DNA of 64,000 nucleotides from an uncultured bacterium (GTDB lineage Bacteria; Bacillota; Clostridia; Lachnospirales; Lachnospiraceae): NCBI GenBank assembly GCA_963519465.1, contig CAUQMY010000003.1, positions 69,313 to 133,312 of the forward strand, read 5' to 3'. Shown piece by piece: positions 1 to 7,524 of this stretch (position 1 is its first letter; each line of letters starts with the position of its first letter). The notes under the pieces were generated by a model. It saw only the letters and a program-made list of their open reading frames with translations, ran no database searches and was not told where the DNA came from. The position numbers and the translations under genes were made by a program.

Positions 1-1991
1 TTAGGATTGTTGCTGAAGAATTTAAGGATCTTATCCTGTTTGAAATCTCCGCTGTAAAAACGCAGCATACGCTCGATATAAGTAACCACAAGGGTTTTAT
101 AAATCGGTTCAAACTCCGTTCCGTTGCTCAGTAAGTTTCTGGCCTTGTAAACCATGACGTTCTTGATCTCACGACCCTTATGCTGCGCGTTATCGGAAGT
201 AAATACGAATCCAAAACCAGTGTTATTAATGGAGTTTTTAATGGCATTGGTAAATCCTGAGATTTCCTTTGTCATGCTGGTTGTTACTAAAAGTGCATTG
301 TCATCAGCTTCTATGTCATAGCGCACACCTGGATATTCCATGGTGGTATTGCCGAATCTCTGTTTTAAATATTCCGGACACTGCCATGCTGCTGCAATTC
401 CAGCGGCACCATAAGAAGCACCAATATAAACACCTTCGATCCACATCTTCATCACGTCTTCTTTTCCCTCAGAAAGCGCCACATTTCCATCATCATCGAT
501 GACCATGCGCTTATCCAGGATCAGTCCGGACTTATCTTTTGGAATGATGGTTACATTCGGAATGCAGGGAACCACGAATTCACTGTAATCCTTTTTCATT
601 AACGGTGTACATTTATCCTTGAAAATACCGATTCCCTCCGTTGCCACATAGCTGAAGGTGCTCTCTTCTCCCGTAGAGAAGCTGAAGAAGGTGGTGATTT
701 TGTAAGGATTGATGGCATTCATTAAAGTTGCCAGACTTTCCATGGAATTGGTTCCAGGTTTTTTCTCTTTCTGGTTTCCTGAAAAACGCATTCTCTGAAG
801 CTTTCCTCCGCCAGACTGGTTGAGTTCCACATCAGGCACGATGCCAAACCACAGAGTATTTTCGAATTCATTTTTATCGTTGGTTGTATTTAAGTATGTA
901 AGAAGCCTCGGTAAATTGCTTGATTTTACCATCATCTCCAAAGGAGTATTGGTAATAAGGAGCTTTGGCTGCATTCCTTTTTCCTTTACCTGATACTGGT
1001 CAAAGAATGATTTCACGCCTAAAATCTTTTCAATCAGAGGCTTTACCGCTTTTACAAAATCGTCCTTGCTTTTCTTATAAAACTCCAGATAAGTGTTGTA
1101 GTTATTCACTTCAACTTCCCGGTCCACACCGCCTTCTACGGTAGATGTAAGAGGACAGAAGGTTCTAACTACCAGTTCCCGCACATAATCGGAAGGAGTA
1201 TCATTAAGCGCATCATAGTCATCCCGGAAAGTCTGAATCAGGCTGGTGTTGATATGGTCATCCACAACAGCAAGCTGAGTTCCTTCCTCCTGCTTCATCT
1301 CCAGGATCTTCAGTTCACCATCATCACCCATGCTTAAAAGGCCTGCTTTAAATTCCTGGCCGCTTTGTGCGGATTCTCCGCTTCCTAAAAGCAGACGGGT
1401 TTTGATATCTTCAATGGCAAGAGGGAGCATAGCCAATACATTGTTGTAATTATGGCTGGCCTGTTCAAACTGGTAATTCAGTTTGTCCCCAAAATCAAGA
1501 CGTTTGGGATCCTCATCATCAAGTTCCATGTATTTCCCATAGGTATACTGGATTTCTCTGCGCACCTGACGGATATCTTCCATGATTTTTTTCGGAGAGA
1601 TCATGTCTAAAACATTGCTGAATTTAAAGTCCACATTTGCGACTCCCAGAGCACCTTTCGCTCCCTGTAAGGTAATCAGCATGTTTAATAAATCATTCAT
1701 TTCATTAAGAGGTATTTCCGTAATGCAGTTATCCGGTATATTTTCCGGTTTAATGAGGCTGTACTGGATACTTCCAGTTTTCGCATCACACCAGGAATAT
1801 ACAACCGGTGCGAATTTCTCTAAAAATTCTTCAAAGCTTTCCACCAGAAGTACTTCATTGATTTCCTTGATCTTGTCGTCATCCAGGCTGGTTTTTCCTC
1901 TCACATCCCCGATCAGCGTTAAAAGATTCAGCTTTTCTGGATTAATTTCGGAAAACAGAATTGTCCGGTTTGTTTGTGTAATCGTTTCCAT
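1..1991 (-). CDS. Large uncharacterised protein, 3' end beyond the window (at least 663 aa visible); tentatively a fused TssB/VipA-like N-terminus plus TssC/VipB-like body (contractile sheath-like)
   Basis: Open minus-strand frame from ATG at 1991-1989 to the window edge with no stop, so it is absent from the supplied track. It starts METITQTNRTILFSEINPEKLNLLTLIGDVRGKTS, 110 nt downstream of the vWA gene stop. The ORF itself is near certain. The functional call rests on by-eye motif order only (see finding). Confidence 0.5.
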   Translation of the reverse strand, partial: METITQTNRTILFSEINPEKLNLLTLIGDVRGKTSLDDDKIKEINEVLLVESFEEFLEKFAPVVYSWCDAKTGSIQYSLIKPENIPDNCITEIPLNEMNDLLNMLITLQGAKGALGVANVDFKFSNVLDMISPKKIMEDIRQVRREIQYTYGKYMELDDEDPKRLDFGDKLNYQFEQASHNYNNVLAMLPLAIEDIKTRLLLGSGESAQSGQEFKAGLLSMGDDGELKILEMKQEEGTQLAVVDDHINTSLIQTFRDDYDALNDTPSDYVRELVVRTFCPLTSTVEGGVDREVEVNNYNTYLEFYKKSKDDFVKAVKPLIEKILGVKSFFDQYQVKEKGMQPKLLITNTPLEMMVKSSNLPRLLTYLNTTNDKNEFENTLWFGIVPDVELNQSGGGKLQRMRFSGNQKEKKPGTNSMESLATLMNAINPYKITTFFSFSTGEESTFSYVATEGIGIFKDKCTPLMKKDYSEFVVPCIPNVTIIPKDKSGLILDKRMVIDDDGNVALSEGKEDVMKMWIEGVYIGASYGAAGIAAAWQCPEYLKQRFGNTTMEYPGVRYDIEADDNALLVTTSMTKEISGFTNAIKNSINNTGFGFVFTSDNAQHKGREIKNVMVYKARNLLSNGTEFEPIYKTLVVTYIERMLRFYSGDFKQDKILKFFSNNP

Positions 1992-2100
1992 CGGCGCTCT
2001 CCCTCTTTCTTACTTCTTACTTTTATTTATTCACCCTTATCTCCTCTGGATGATAAGAAGTGTAAACAACAACTTTACTGCAAAATACGAATCTGGTTCA

Positions 2101-4122
2101 TTACTGAAGCATGGAGATATAATGGATCTCCAATTCATAAACCCCATCCGGTGATGTGATGGATATAATATCACCGAAGCTGACGCTGTACTGAATCTTC
2201 CTGCACACAATCGAACTTCCTAACATAATGCCCGCATCTGAAGAATGGTATAAAATCATCCGTCGGTCTTCATCTGCAATAAGGAATATACGGTCAAGTT
2301 CCAAAGCTTCCGAAGCTTCCGGATATTCTTTCATCAAATCACCAAAGCTGACCCGGTTATCCTTAATCTTATACATAGGAAAGGTAAGGGGTGGAATCTC
2401 ATCTTCCTCTTCCGGCTGCCCGATAAAATAAGCATCCATCTTTCCCTGAAAACGGTTCTGGGCCTTTTTTTCCGTTATGACCTCAAGCTCAGGCTTTGGT
2501 TTATGGAAGATCCGCCAGATAACGGCTCCCAGTACAAGTGCCGCCAGTACAAAAGCCCACCAGTATGCCTTCCATAAAGGAATAATGGTAATATTGTAAC
2601 TGTAGGATATGGCTGATTCCCCATCAGAAACTTTTATAACAAGGGGCTGTTTGCCCGATTTCAACGCTTTGACTGTAAGCACACCCTTATCTAAGCTGAC
2701 TTCAGCTGCTTCTTTCTGGTTCTTTTCCAGGGAGTAGGTAAGCGTATCTCCATCGGAATCTTTAAAGAAATCGTTAAGCACCAGATTTTTCTCTTTGCTT
2801 AAGGGATTTAACCCCAACTGGTCCGGAAGTTCTCCTGCCGGAGGCGTATTTACTACCTGTAACCTTACGGTATTAAACACACAGGATTCCATCACATCAT
2901 CCAATCGGCTGTCTATGTAATAAGTACCAGACTGAGTTAAGTTCACTTCTCCGGTAATCACACCGCCTTCGATGGCTGTGTTTAAAGCAGTCCGCCCATT
3001 AGCCGACTGTCCGTCCGCATATAGTTCTACTTTGGGAGTGAAATTTTTATAAAAAGCTTCATCGGTTATGACCGTACCGTTTTTATCCTTAAAGTAGATC
3101 CGGTAAGGCAACGGCTTATTTCTTCCTGTTTCTGTTTCTATTTCAAGGACCGGAGTCAAATCACGGTAGCTGATCAGGTAAATTTTCAGTCCCTGATCCT
3201 TTAACGTATTTGTCTGTATGGTCAGTTCCCTGATGTCCTCTTTGACATCTGATAACTTGGCTACGGAATAATGAACCAGATTCACAGGCTTTATCTGCTG
3301 ATCTCCGTAAACAACTGTGGTATCTCCAATCTGCTGCGGAGAAATCATCAATACGTCCATTTCATCCAGATAGGCTTCATCAAGCTTTACCCGAATGCTC
3401 TGGCTTCCCGCTCCGTAAATGCCATTGGTGATCTCCTGAATCCGGTAGGCCATGTTGGAATTAAAGATTCCATACAGGACTTCAATCAGCGTTTCCGGCT
3501 TCTCAACTGTATAATTTCCGGCATTGGTCTGTTTTGCAATCTCCTTTAAAATTTCCTTGTTTCCATCGTATTTTCCAAAGGCTACGGTGTAAATGGGAAT
3601 CCCCTGGGACTGACAGGCATCTACGGTGTTCTTTAAATCGGCGTTGGAATTATCCATGTTCCTTCCGGTTGTAGAACCTTTTAAATCTGTCTCTCCATCG
3701 GAGATGAGGACGATCATGCGTTTACGTCCGCTATCCTGCCCGGACAATCCGTAAGCATAACTTAATCCCAGCCCTATGTCCGTATTTCCGGAATAACCGG
3801 CGGAATCGATCTGACCCTTTAAGGAATCACGCTCCTCCTGGGTTTTAACAGAAACTGGCGCTGCCGATGATACGATGCGGTCATTGTATGCCACAAAACC
3901 AATTCTGATATCCGCACTGTGAACCGTGTCCACAAACGCTTTTACCATCCCGGTTGCCGTATGATCCCGATCATTTGCCGTCATGGATCCGCTGTAATCC
4001 ATTACAAACGTGACATCAAGACCGTTCTGCTCACTGGCAATTTCCTCTGCCATAGTACGATGGGAGGTCGAAATAAAAACAAAACAAAATAGTACAAATA
4101 GAACCCCTTTTAATCTCTTCAT
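2101..4122 (-). CDS. Membrane-anchored von Willebrand factor A domain protein: signal peptide, extracytoplasmic vWA (MIDAS DYSGS), Ig/cadherin-like repeats, one TM helix, cytoplasmic degenerate FHA-like beta domain
   Basis: 673-aa ORF. N-terminus MKRLKGVLFVLFCFVFISTS. DVTFVMDYSGSMTAND plus later LISDGETD are typical of vWA. DSDGDTLTYSL is a cadherin/Ig-like motif. TM helix AYWWAFVLAALVLGAVIWRIF. The C-terminal ~130 aa have an FHA-like pattern (LDRIFLIADEDRRMILYHSSDAGIMLGSSIV..VSFGDIISI) but lack the canonical GR/SxxH/NG residues. Confidence 0.75.
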   Translation of the reverse strand: MKRLKGVLFVLFCFVFISTSHRTMAEEIASEQNGLDVTFVMDYSGSMTANDRDHTATGMVKAFVDTVHSADIRIGFVAYNDRIVSSAAPVSVKTQEERDSLKGQIDSAGYSGNTDIGLGLSYAYGLSGQDSGRKRMIVLISDGETDLKGSTTGRNMDNSNADLKNTVDACQSQGIPIYTVAFGKYDGNKEILKEIAKQTNAGNYTVEKPETLIEVLYGIFNSNMAYRIQEITNGIYGAGSQSIRVKLDEAYLDEMDVLMISPQQIGDTTVVYGDQQIKPVNLVHYSVAKLSDVKEDIRELTIQTNTLKDQGLKIYLISYRDLTPVLEIETETGRNKPLPYRIYFKDKNGTVITDEAFYKNFTPKVELYADGQSANGRTALNTAIEGGVITGEVNLTQSGTYYIDSRLDDVMESCVFNTVRLQVVNTPPAGELPDQLGLNPLSKEKNLVLNDFFKDSDGDTLTYSLEKNQKEAAEVSLDKGVLTVKALKSGKQPLVIKVSDGESAISYSYNITIIPLWKAYWWAFVLAALVLGAVIWRIFHKPKPELEVITEKKAQNRFQGKMDAYFIGQPEEEDEIPPLTFPMYKIKDNRVSFGDLMKEYPEASEALELDRIFLIADEDRRMILYHSSDAGIMLGSSIVCRKIQYSVSFGDIISITSPDGVYELEIHYISMLQ

Positions 4123-4153
4123 AGATCTTACTCACCTTTGTTTCTGTTTTTTA

Positions 4154-4221
4154 TTGATTACAATATACACGAAAAAATGACAAAAAAATCATTCATGTAT
4201 GAAATAGCGGTTTATATGTAA
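4154..4221 (-). promoter_or_regulatory. Conserved 68-bp upstream element, copy A (box1 TTACATATAAACCG, 34-nt spacer, box2 TTCGTGTATATTGTAATCAA); likely regulated promoter of the vWA operon
   Basis: Ends 31 nt upstream of the vWA ATG. A near-identical copy with identical spacing lies at 17613..17680. It contains a TATATT -10-like hexamer and ACATATAAA-N12-ACATGAATG direct repeats. Confidence 0.6.
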
Positions 4222-4290
4222 GTTTTGGTCATATTATGTTGTTTTTATATGTTTTTACTTTTAAAATTAAAACCATCGCTCTGATTTAGG

Positions 4291-4334
4291 CAAAAAACAA
4301 ATGGGATGTCCATCGATTTTCATCATCCCATTTG
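4291..4334 (-). terminator. Intrinsic terminator after the histidine kinase gene
   Basis: On the minus strand, CAAATGGGATG...CATCCCATTTG stem followed by TTTTTTG. Confidence 0.75.
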
Positions 4335-4337
4335 CAG

Positions 4338-5657
4338 TCAGATTTTTTTAGGTTCATACAATATGGCCTTTAAGGTGAAAACTCCGTCTTTACCTTCTGT
4401 GACCAGAACTCCGTTGTACTTGTCCGTTACTTTTTTCATGGAACGGATTCCAAGTCCATGGATTCCTTCCTTTTTTCTGGTTATTAACTTCCCATCCTCC
4501 TCTGTTTCCAAGTCTCCGGCATACCTGTTTTTAATACAAAAAAGCAGACAGCCTCTTTCATATTTCATCTCGATCCGCATTTCACGGTCTTCCTCTTCCA
4601 CCCATTCTAACGCTTCCATTGCATTGTCATAGGCATTCCCCTGGAGAATACACAAATCCGTATCCTTGATATTGATCTCCTTGGGAAGCTTTATCCTGGT
4701 ATCCAGACGGATGTTCTTTCGATGAGCTTCCCTGTATAAGTGATTAACCAGGGAATCCACCACTAGATTTCCTGTCCATTCCTCCATATACTCTTTTTTC
4801 ACCGTTTCCCCGATCATTTGATCCAATACTTCCATCAGCTTATCCTTTTCCTCCTGCTTTGCCAGCTCATGGATATAGATCAGCTTCTGTTTTAGATCGT
4901 GACGCTTTGTATGGAGTTCTATGGTTTCCTGGTCTTCTAATTGTTTCTGTTTTTGAAATAATTCCAATTGTCTCACATATATGCTCTCATTTTTCTTAAT
5001 CCTGGCTTCCTCTATCCGCATCAGGTAGGCAGGATAAACCAGTAAATGAAGTAATATCATACCCCCAGTTCCAAAAAGGAGCCAGTACATATCTTCTCCG
5101 CTCTGTGAAACGGACTGTTCCGCTGCCATATAAAAAGCAAAATATACGGTCATGGCTGCCATAAACGGCAATAGAAAAAAGATACCTTGTGCCGTGGACT
5201 CATCCCCTGCACCTTTATTCTTCATATACATCCGAATGCCCATAACAAAGGCAAGCAAAATTATCTTTGACAACCACAGGGAAATGATCATCCAGATATC
5301 GCCTTCTCCTGCCCACAGCTTTGCTCCAAGCAGAAAGAACATATCAAGAAGCACCCAAAGAGCTGCTAAAAGGGCTGAAAAGGTGAACCGCTTCCACAGC
5401 GGAGAAGTATATCCCGATAGTCCCATGAATTCTATGATCACCAGCGTTCCAAACATATGAATCCCAGGATAATACTTAAAAATACTTATACTGCTGTACA
5501 TTTGCCATAAAAAGAAAAGCAGCCATCCTGCTGCCTTTCCTTTCCCACTTCTTTCGGTTAAAAATATATCCAGGTATACCTTGGCAAATATTACACCAAA
5601 GAGGGAAAAACATGCGGTGCCAAAAATCCATATTCCTTCATTCATACATGACACCAC
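4338..5657 (-). CDS. Membrane sensor histidine kinase, AgrC/ComD-like GHKL (HPK10-type)
   Basis: 439 aa. Multiple N-terminal TM helices, a coiled-coil linker, N-box NAYDNAMEA and G-box GIHGLGIRSM. It overlaps the upstream LytTR regulator gene by 16 nt. Confidence 0.8.
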   Translation of the reverse strand: MVSCMNEGIWIFGTACFSLFGVIFAKVYLDIFLTERSGKGKAAGWLLFFLWQMYSSISIFKYYPGIHMFGTLVIIEFMGLSGYTSPLWKRFTFSALLAALWVLLDMFFLLGAKLWAGEGDIWMIISLWLSKIILLAFVMGIRMYMKNKGAGDESTAQGIFFLLPFMAAMTVYFAFYMAAEQSVSQSGEDMYWLLFGTGGMILLHLLVYPAYLMRIEEARIKKNESIYVRQLELFQKQKQLEDQETIELHTKRHDLKQKLIYIHELAKQEEKDKLMEVLDQMIGETVKKEYMEEWTGNLVVDSLVNHLYREAHRKNIRLDTRIKLPKEINIKDTDLCILQGNAYDNAMEALEWVEEEDREMRIEMKYERGCLLFCIKNRYAGDLETEEDGKLITRKKEGIHGLGIRSMKKVTDKYNGVLVTEGKDGVFTLKAILYEPKKI

Positions 5658-6364
5658 TCCATCGCCTCATATAAATTCACTTCTACTTCTTTTTTTCGGC
5701 TTCGGCTGACTGGAAGGCAGATTCCATCCATTAATTCCACGATATCCGCAGAAAATCTGGAAATGCGCCAGTAGCTGACCAGATAGGACTTATGTATCCG
5801 TACAAATCGCATCTTCTGACCCCTTAACTCGTCTTCGATGGCTTCCAGATTTTTATAAAGTCTGTAACGTCCGCTCTCGCAGACGATCTCTGTCATTCGC
5901 CCCTTACTTTCAAAATAGATCACTTCTTTTAGCAGCACCTTATAATCGGACCGATCATAACGAAAGCGGTAATACTGATCTTCGGTCCCGATCATATTCA
6001 AAATGTGATTAAATGTGTCGGTAAATTCTGTCTTCCTGATCGGCTTCACAAGGAAACCAATGGGAGCTGCTAAAAATGCTTCTTTCATATAGCTTTCATA
6101 AGATGTTACAAAAACCATCTGTACGGTACGGTCCACTTCACGAATCTTCTTCGCTGCTGCCATCCCGCTTAAACGGACCATTTCAATATCCATGTATATG
6201 ATATCGAAACGCTTACCTTTCATCACTGCTCTAACGATCTCATCCCCATCTGCGTAGGTATCGACTTCTAAGTTTACTCCAGTCTCATACCCTAGTTCCA
6301 ACAGATATTTTTCCATTTCCCACAGCAGCAGATGGTCATCATCGCACACACCAATTTCCAACAT
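5642..6364 (-). CDS. LytTR-family response regulator
   Basis: 240 aa. Receiver domain (VCDDD..IIYMDIEM) plus C-terminal LytTR domain (IYFESKGRMTEIV...FVRIHKSYLVS). RBS GGAGG upstream. Confidence 0.85.
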   Translation of the reverse strand: MLEIGVCDDDHLLLWEMEKYLLELGYETGVNLEVDTYADGDEIVRAVMKGKRFDIIYMDIEMVRLSGMAAAKKIREVDRTVQMVFVTSYESYMKEAFLAAPIGFLVKPIRKTEFTDTFNHILNMIGTEDQYYRFRYDRSDYKVLLKEVIYFESKGRMTEIVCESGRYRLYKNLEAIEDELRGQKMRFVRIHKSYLVSYWRISRFSADIVELMDGICLPVSRSRKKEVEVNLYEAMEWCHV

Positions 6365-6577
6365 GCATTACCTCCTACTATTTTGTATTGCTTCAAAAAT
6401 ACCTTTCTCATATTTTTTCACATACAAATTTCTGATCAAATGGATTTTTAGTTATTTAGTTTCGAATACTTTGACACTATTTTAACGCTTAAATCGGAAG
6501 AATAATGTAAATCTTGTTACATTTTCCAATATTATTAACTTTTTCAGCATATAATGAAATTCGACATTTTTCAACCC

Positions 6578-6620
6578 AAGTGCTAAAATTATACACTTTG
6601 AGTGCCAAAATTTGCACTTT
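6578..6620. promoter_or_regulatory. Two adjacent palindromic units (AAGTGCTAAAATTATACACTT / AGTGCCAAAATTTGCACTT) with 21-22 bp periodicity, upstream of the LytTR two-component operon
   Basis: Read directly from the sequence. AGTGC recurs with period 22 and CACTTT with period 21. The units lie about 215-255 nt upstream of the regulator start codon. Confidence 0.4.
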
Positions 6621-6690
6621 CGCTTTACTGTATTGATATATTAGGCTGTTCTTTAAACAAATTAACCTACTGAATTTATATGTATAAATT

Positions 6691-6733
6691 CAAAAATAGA
6701 ACTGAAGGGAGAAAAAATTCCCTTCAGTTCTAT
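6691..6733 (-). terminator. Intrinsic terminator after kdpC
   Basis: ATAGAACTGAAGGGA / TCCCTTCAGTTCTAT stem followed by TTTTTG on the minus strand. Confidence 0.85.
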
Positions 6734-6741
6734 ATCCTTTT

Positions 6742-7365
6742 CTAAATCAAATCTAGATCTTCTGCAATCTGCAGGTTCACATTCAGCACATGAACCGTCT
6801 TTTCTCCAAAGATCCCAAGTATTTTCCCCTGGGTATTTTGTTCTACGATTTCATTTAACCGCTCAGTCGTCAATCCAGTTGCTCTAGACAGGCCAGGGAT
6901 CTGAATTTTCGCGGCCTCAGGACTGATATGAGGATCCAGACCGGAACCTGACGCGGTCAGAAGATCCGTGGGAATATCTTCTTTTTTAACCGATGGATTT
7001 AATGCCAGAAAATGCTCCATATCTTCGTTTACCCTTTTTAAGAGTTCCGGATTGGTGGGTGCATAGTTTTCTGATCCGGATCGGACCCCTGCATAATCGC
7101 CACCATTCATCGGTTCCTTTGTATAGGTATTATATGAAACCGCAGAAGGCCGGCCTTTCATAAAACGTTCATCCGTAAAATCCTGACCGATAAGCTCCGA
7201 ACCTGCGGCTTTTCCGTCAACCATAATAAGACTGCCACCAGCCTGCTTTGGAAATAAAACCTGGCTGATAAGGGTCAGCATCAGGGGATATATTAAACCG
7301 CATAAAACCATCAGTGTCACAGTAACAAGGAACGGCTTTCTGATCCCCTTTATTAATTTTCCCAT
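6742..7365 (-). CDS. kdpC: Potassium-transporting ATPase subunit KdpC
   Basis: MGKLIKGIRKPFLVTVTLMVLCGLIYPLMLTLISQVLFPKQAGGSLI is the typical KdpC N-terminus. A strong RBS (ACAGGAGG) precedes this internal ATG. The track ORF extends to 7407, but the extension looks untranslated. Confidence 0.9.
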   Translation of the reverse strand: MGKLIKGIRKPFLVTVTLMVLCGLIYPLMLTLISQVLFPKQAGGSLIMVDGKAAGSELIGQDFTDERFMKGRPSAVSYNTYTKEPMNGGDYAGVRSGSENYAPTNPELLKRVNEDMEHFLALNPSVKKEDIPTDLLTASGSGLDPHISPEAAKIQIPGLSRATGLTTERLNEIVEQNTQGKILGIFGEKTVHVLNVNLQIAEDLDLI

Positions 7366-7406
7366 GATAAAACCTCCTGTATTTAAAAGGCGCTTGATAA
7401 ATGCCA

Positions 7407-7496
7407 TTAGTTAAAATAATCAAGTAATTTTTTATAACCGTAAACGATTACGAAGGCTATTGAAAACATACCGATCCTTGCAAAGAAATTATCCAT
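7407..7496 (-). CDS. Candidate 29-aa hydrophobic peptide encoded between kdpB and kdpC
   Basis: MDNFFARIGMFSIAFVIVYGYKKLLDYFN. GAAGGAGG RBS 7 nt upstream of the ATG. One predicted TM helix. Located in the kdpB-kdpC spacer. Confidence 0.45.
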   Translation of the reverse strand: MDNFFARIGMFSIAFVIVYGYKKLLDYFN

Positions 7497-7524
7497 ATAA
7501 TAACCTCCTTCCCCAATCCTTCTT

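Noticed and set aside
1582-2154. 190-aa and 61-aa plus-strand ORFs at the junction of the first two genes
   Set aside because: They are antisense shadows of the large minus-strand ORF (1..1991) and the vWA gene, with no RBS and a compositionally odd product.
6365-6577. Micro-ORFs (MSNFIIC on the minus strand, MKFDIFQPKC on the plus strand) as candidate autoinducing peptides for the LytTR system
   Set aside because: No ribosome-binding sites, no leader or double-glycine features, and no processing enzyme gene nearby. Indistinguishable from chance ORFs in AT-rich DNA.
7366-7407. Long form of kdpC starting at 7407 (MAFIKRLLNTGGFI...)
   Set aside because: The extension is not KdpC-like. The strong RBS and the conserved KdpC N-terminus belong to the ATG at 7365.
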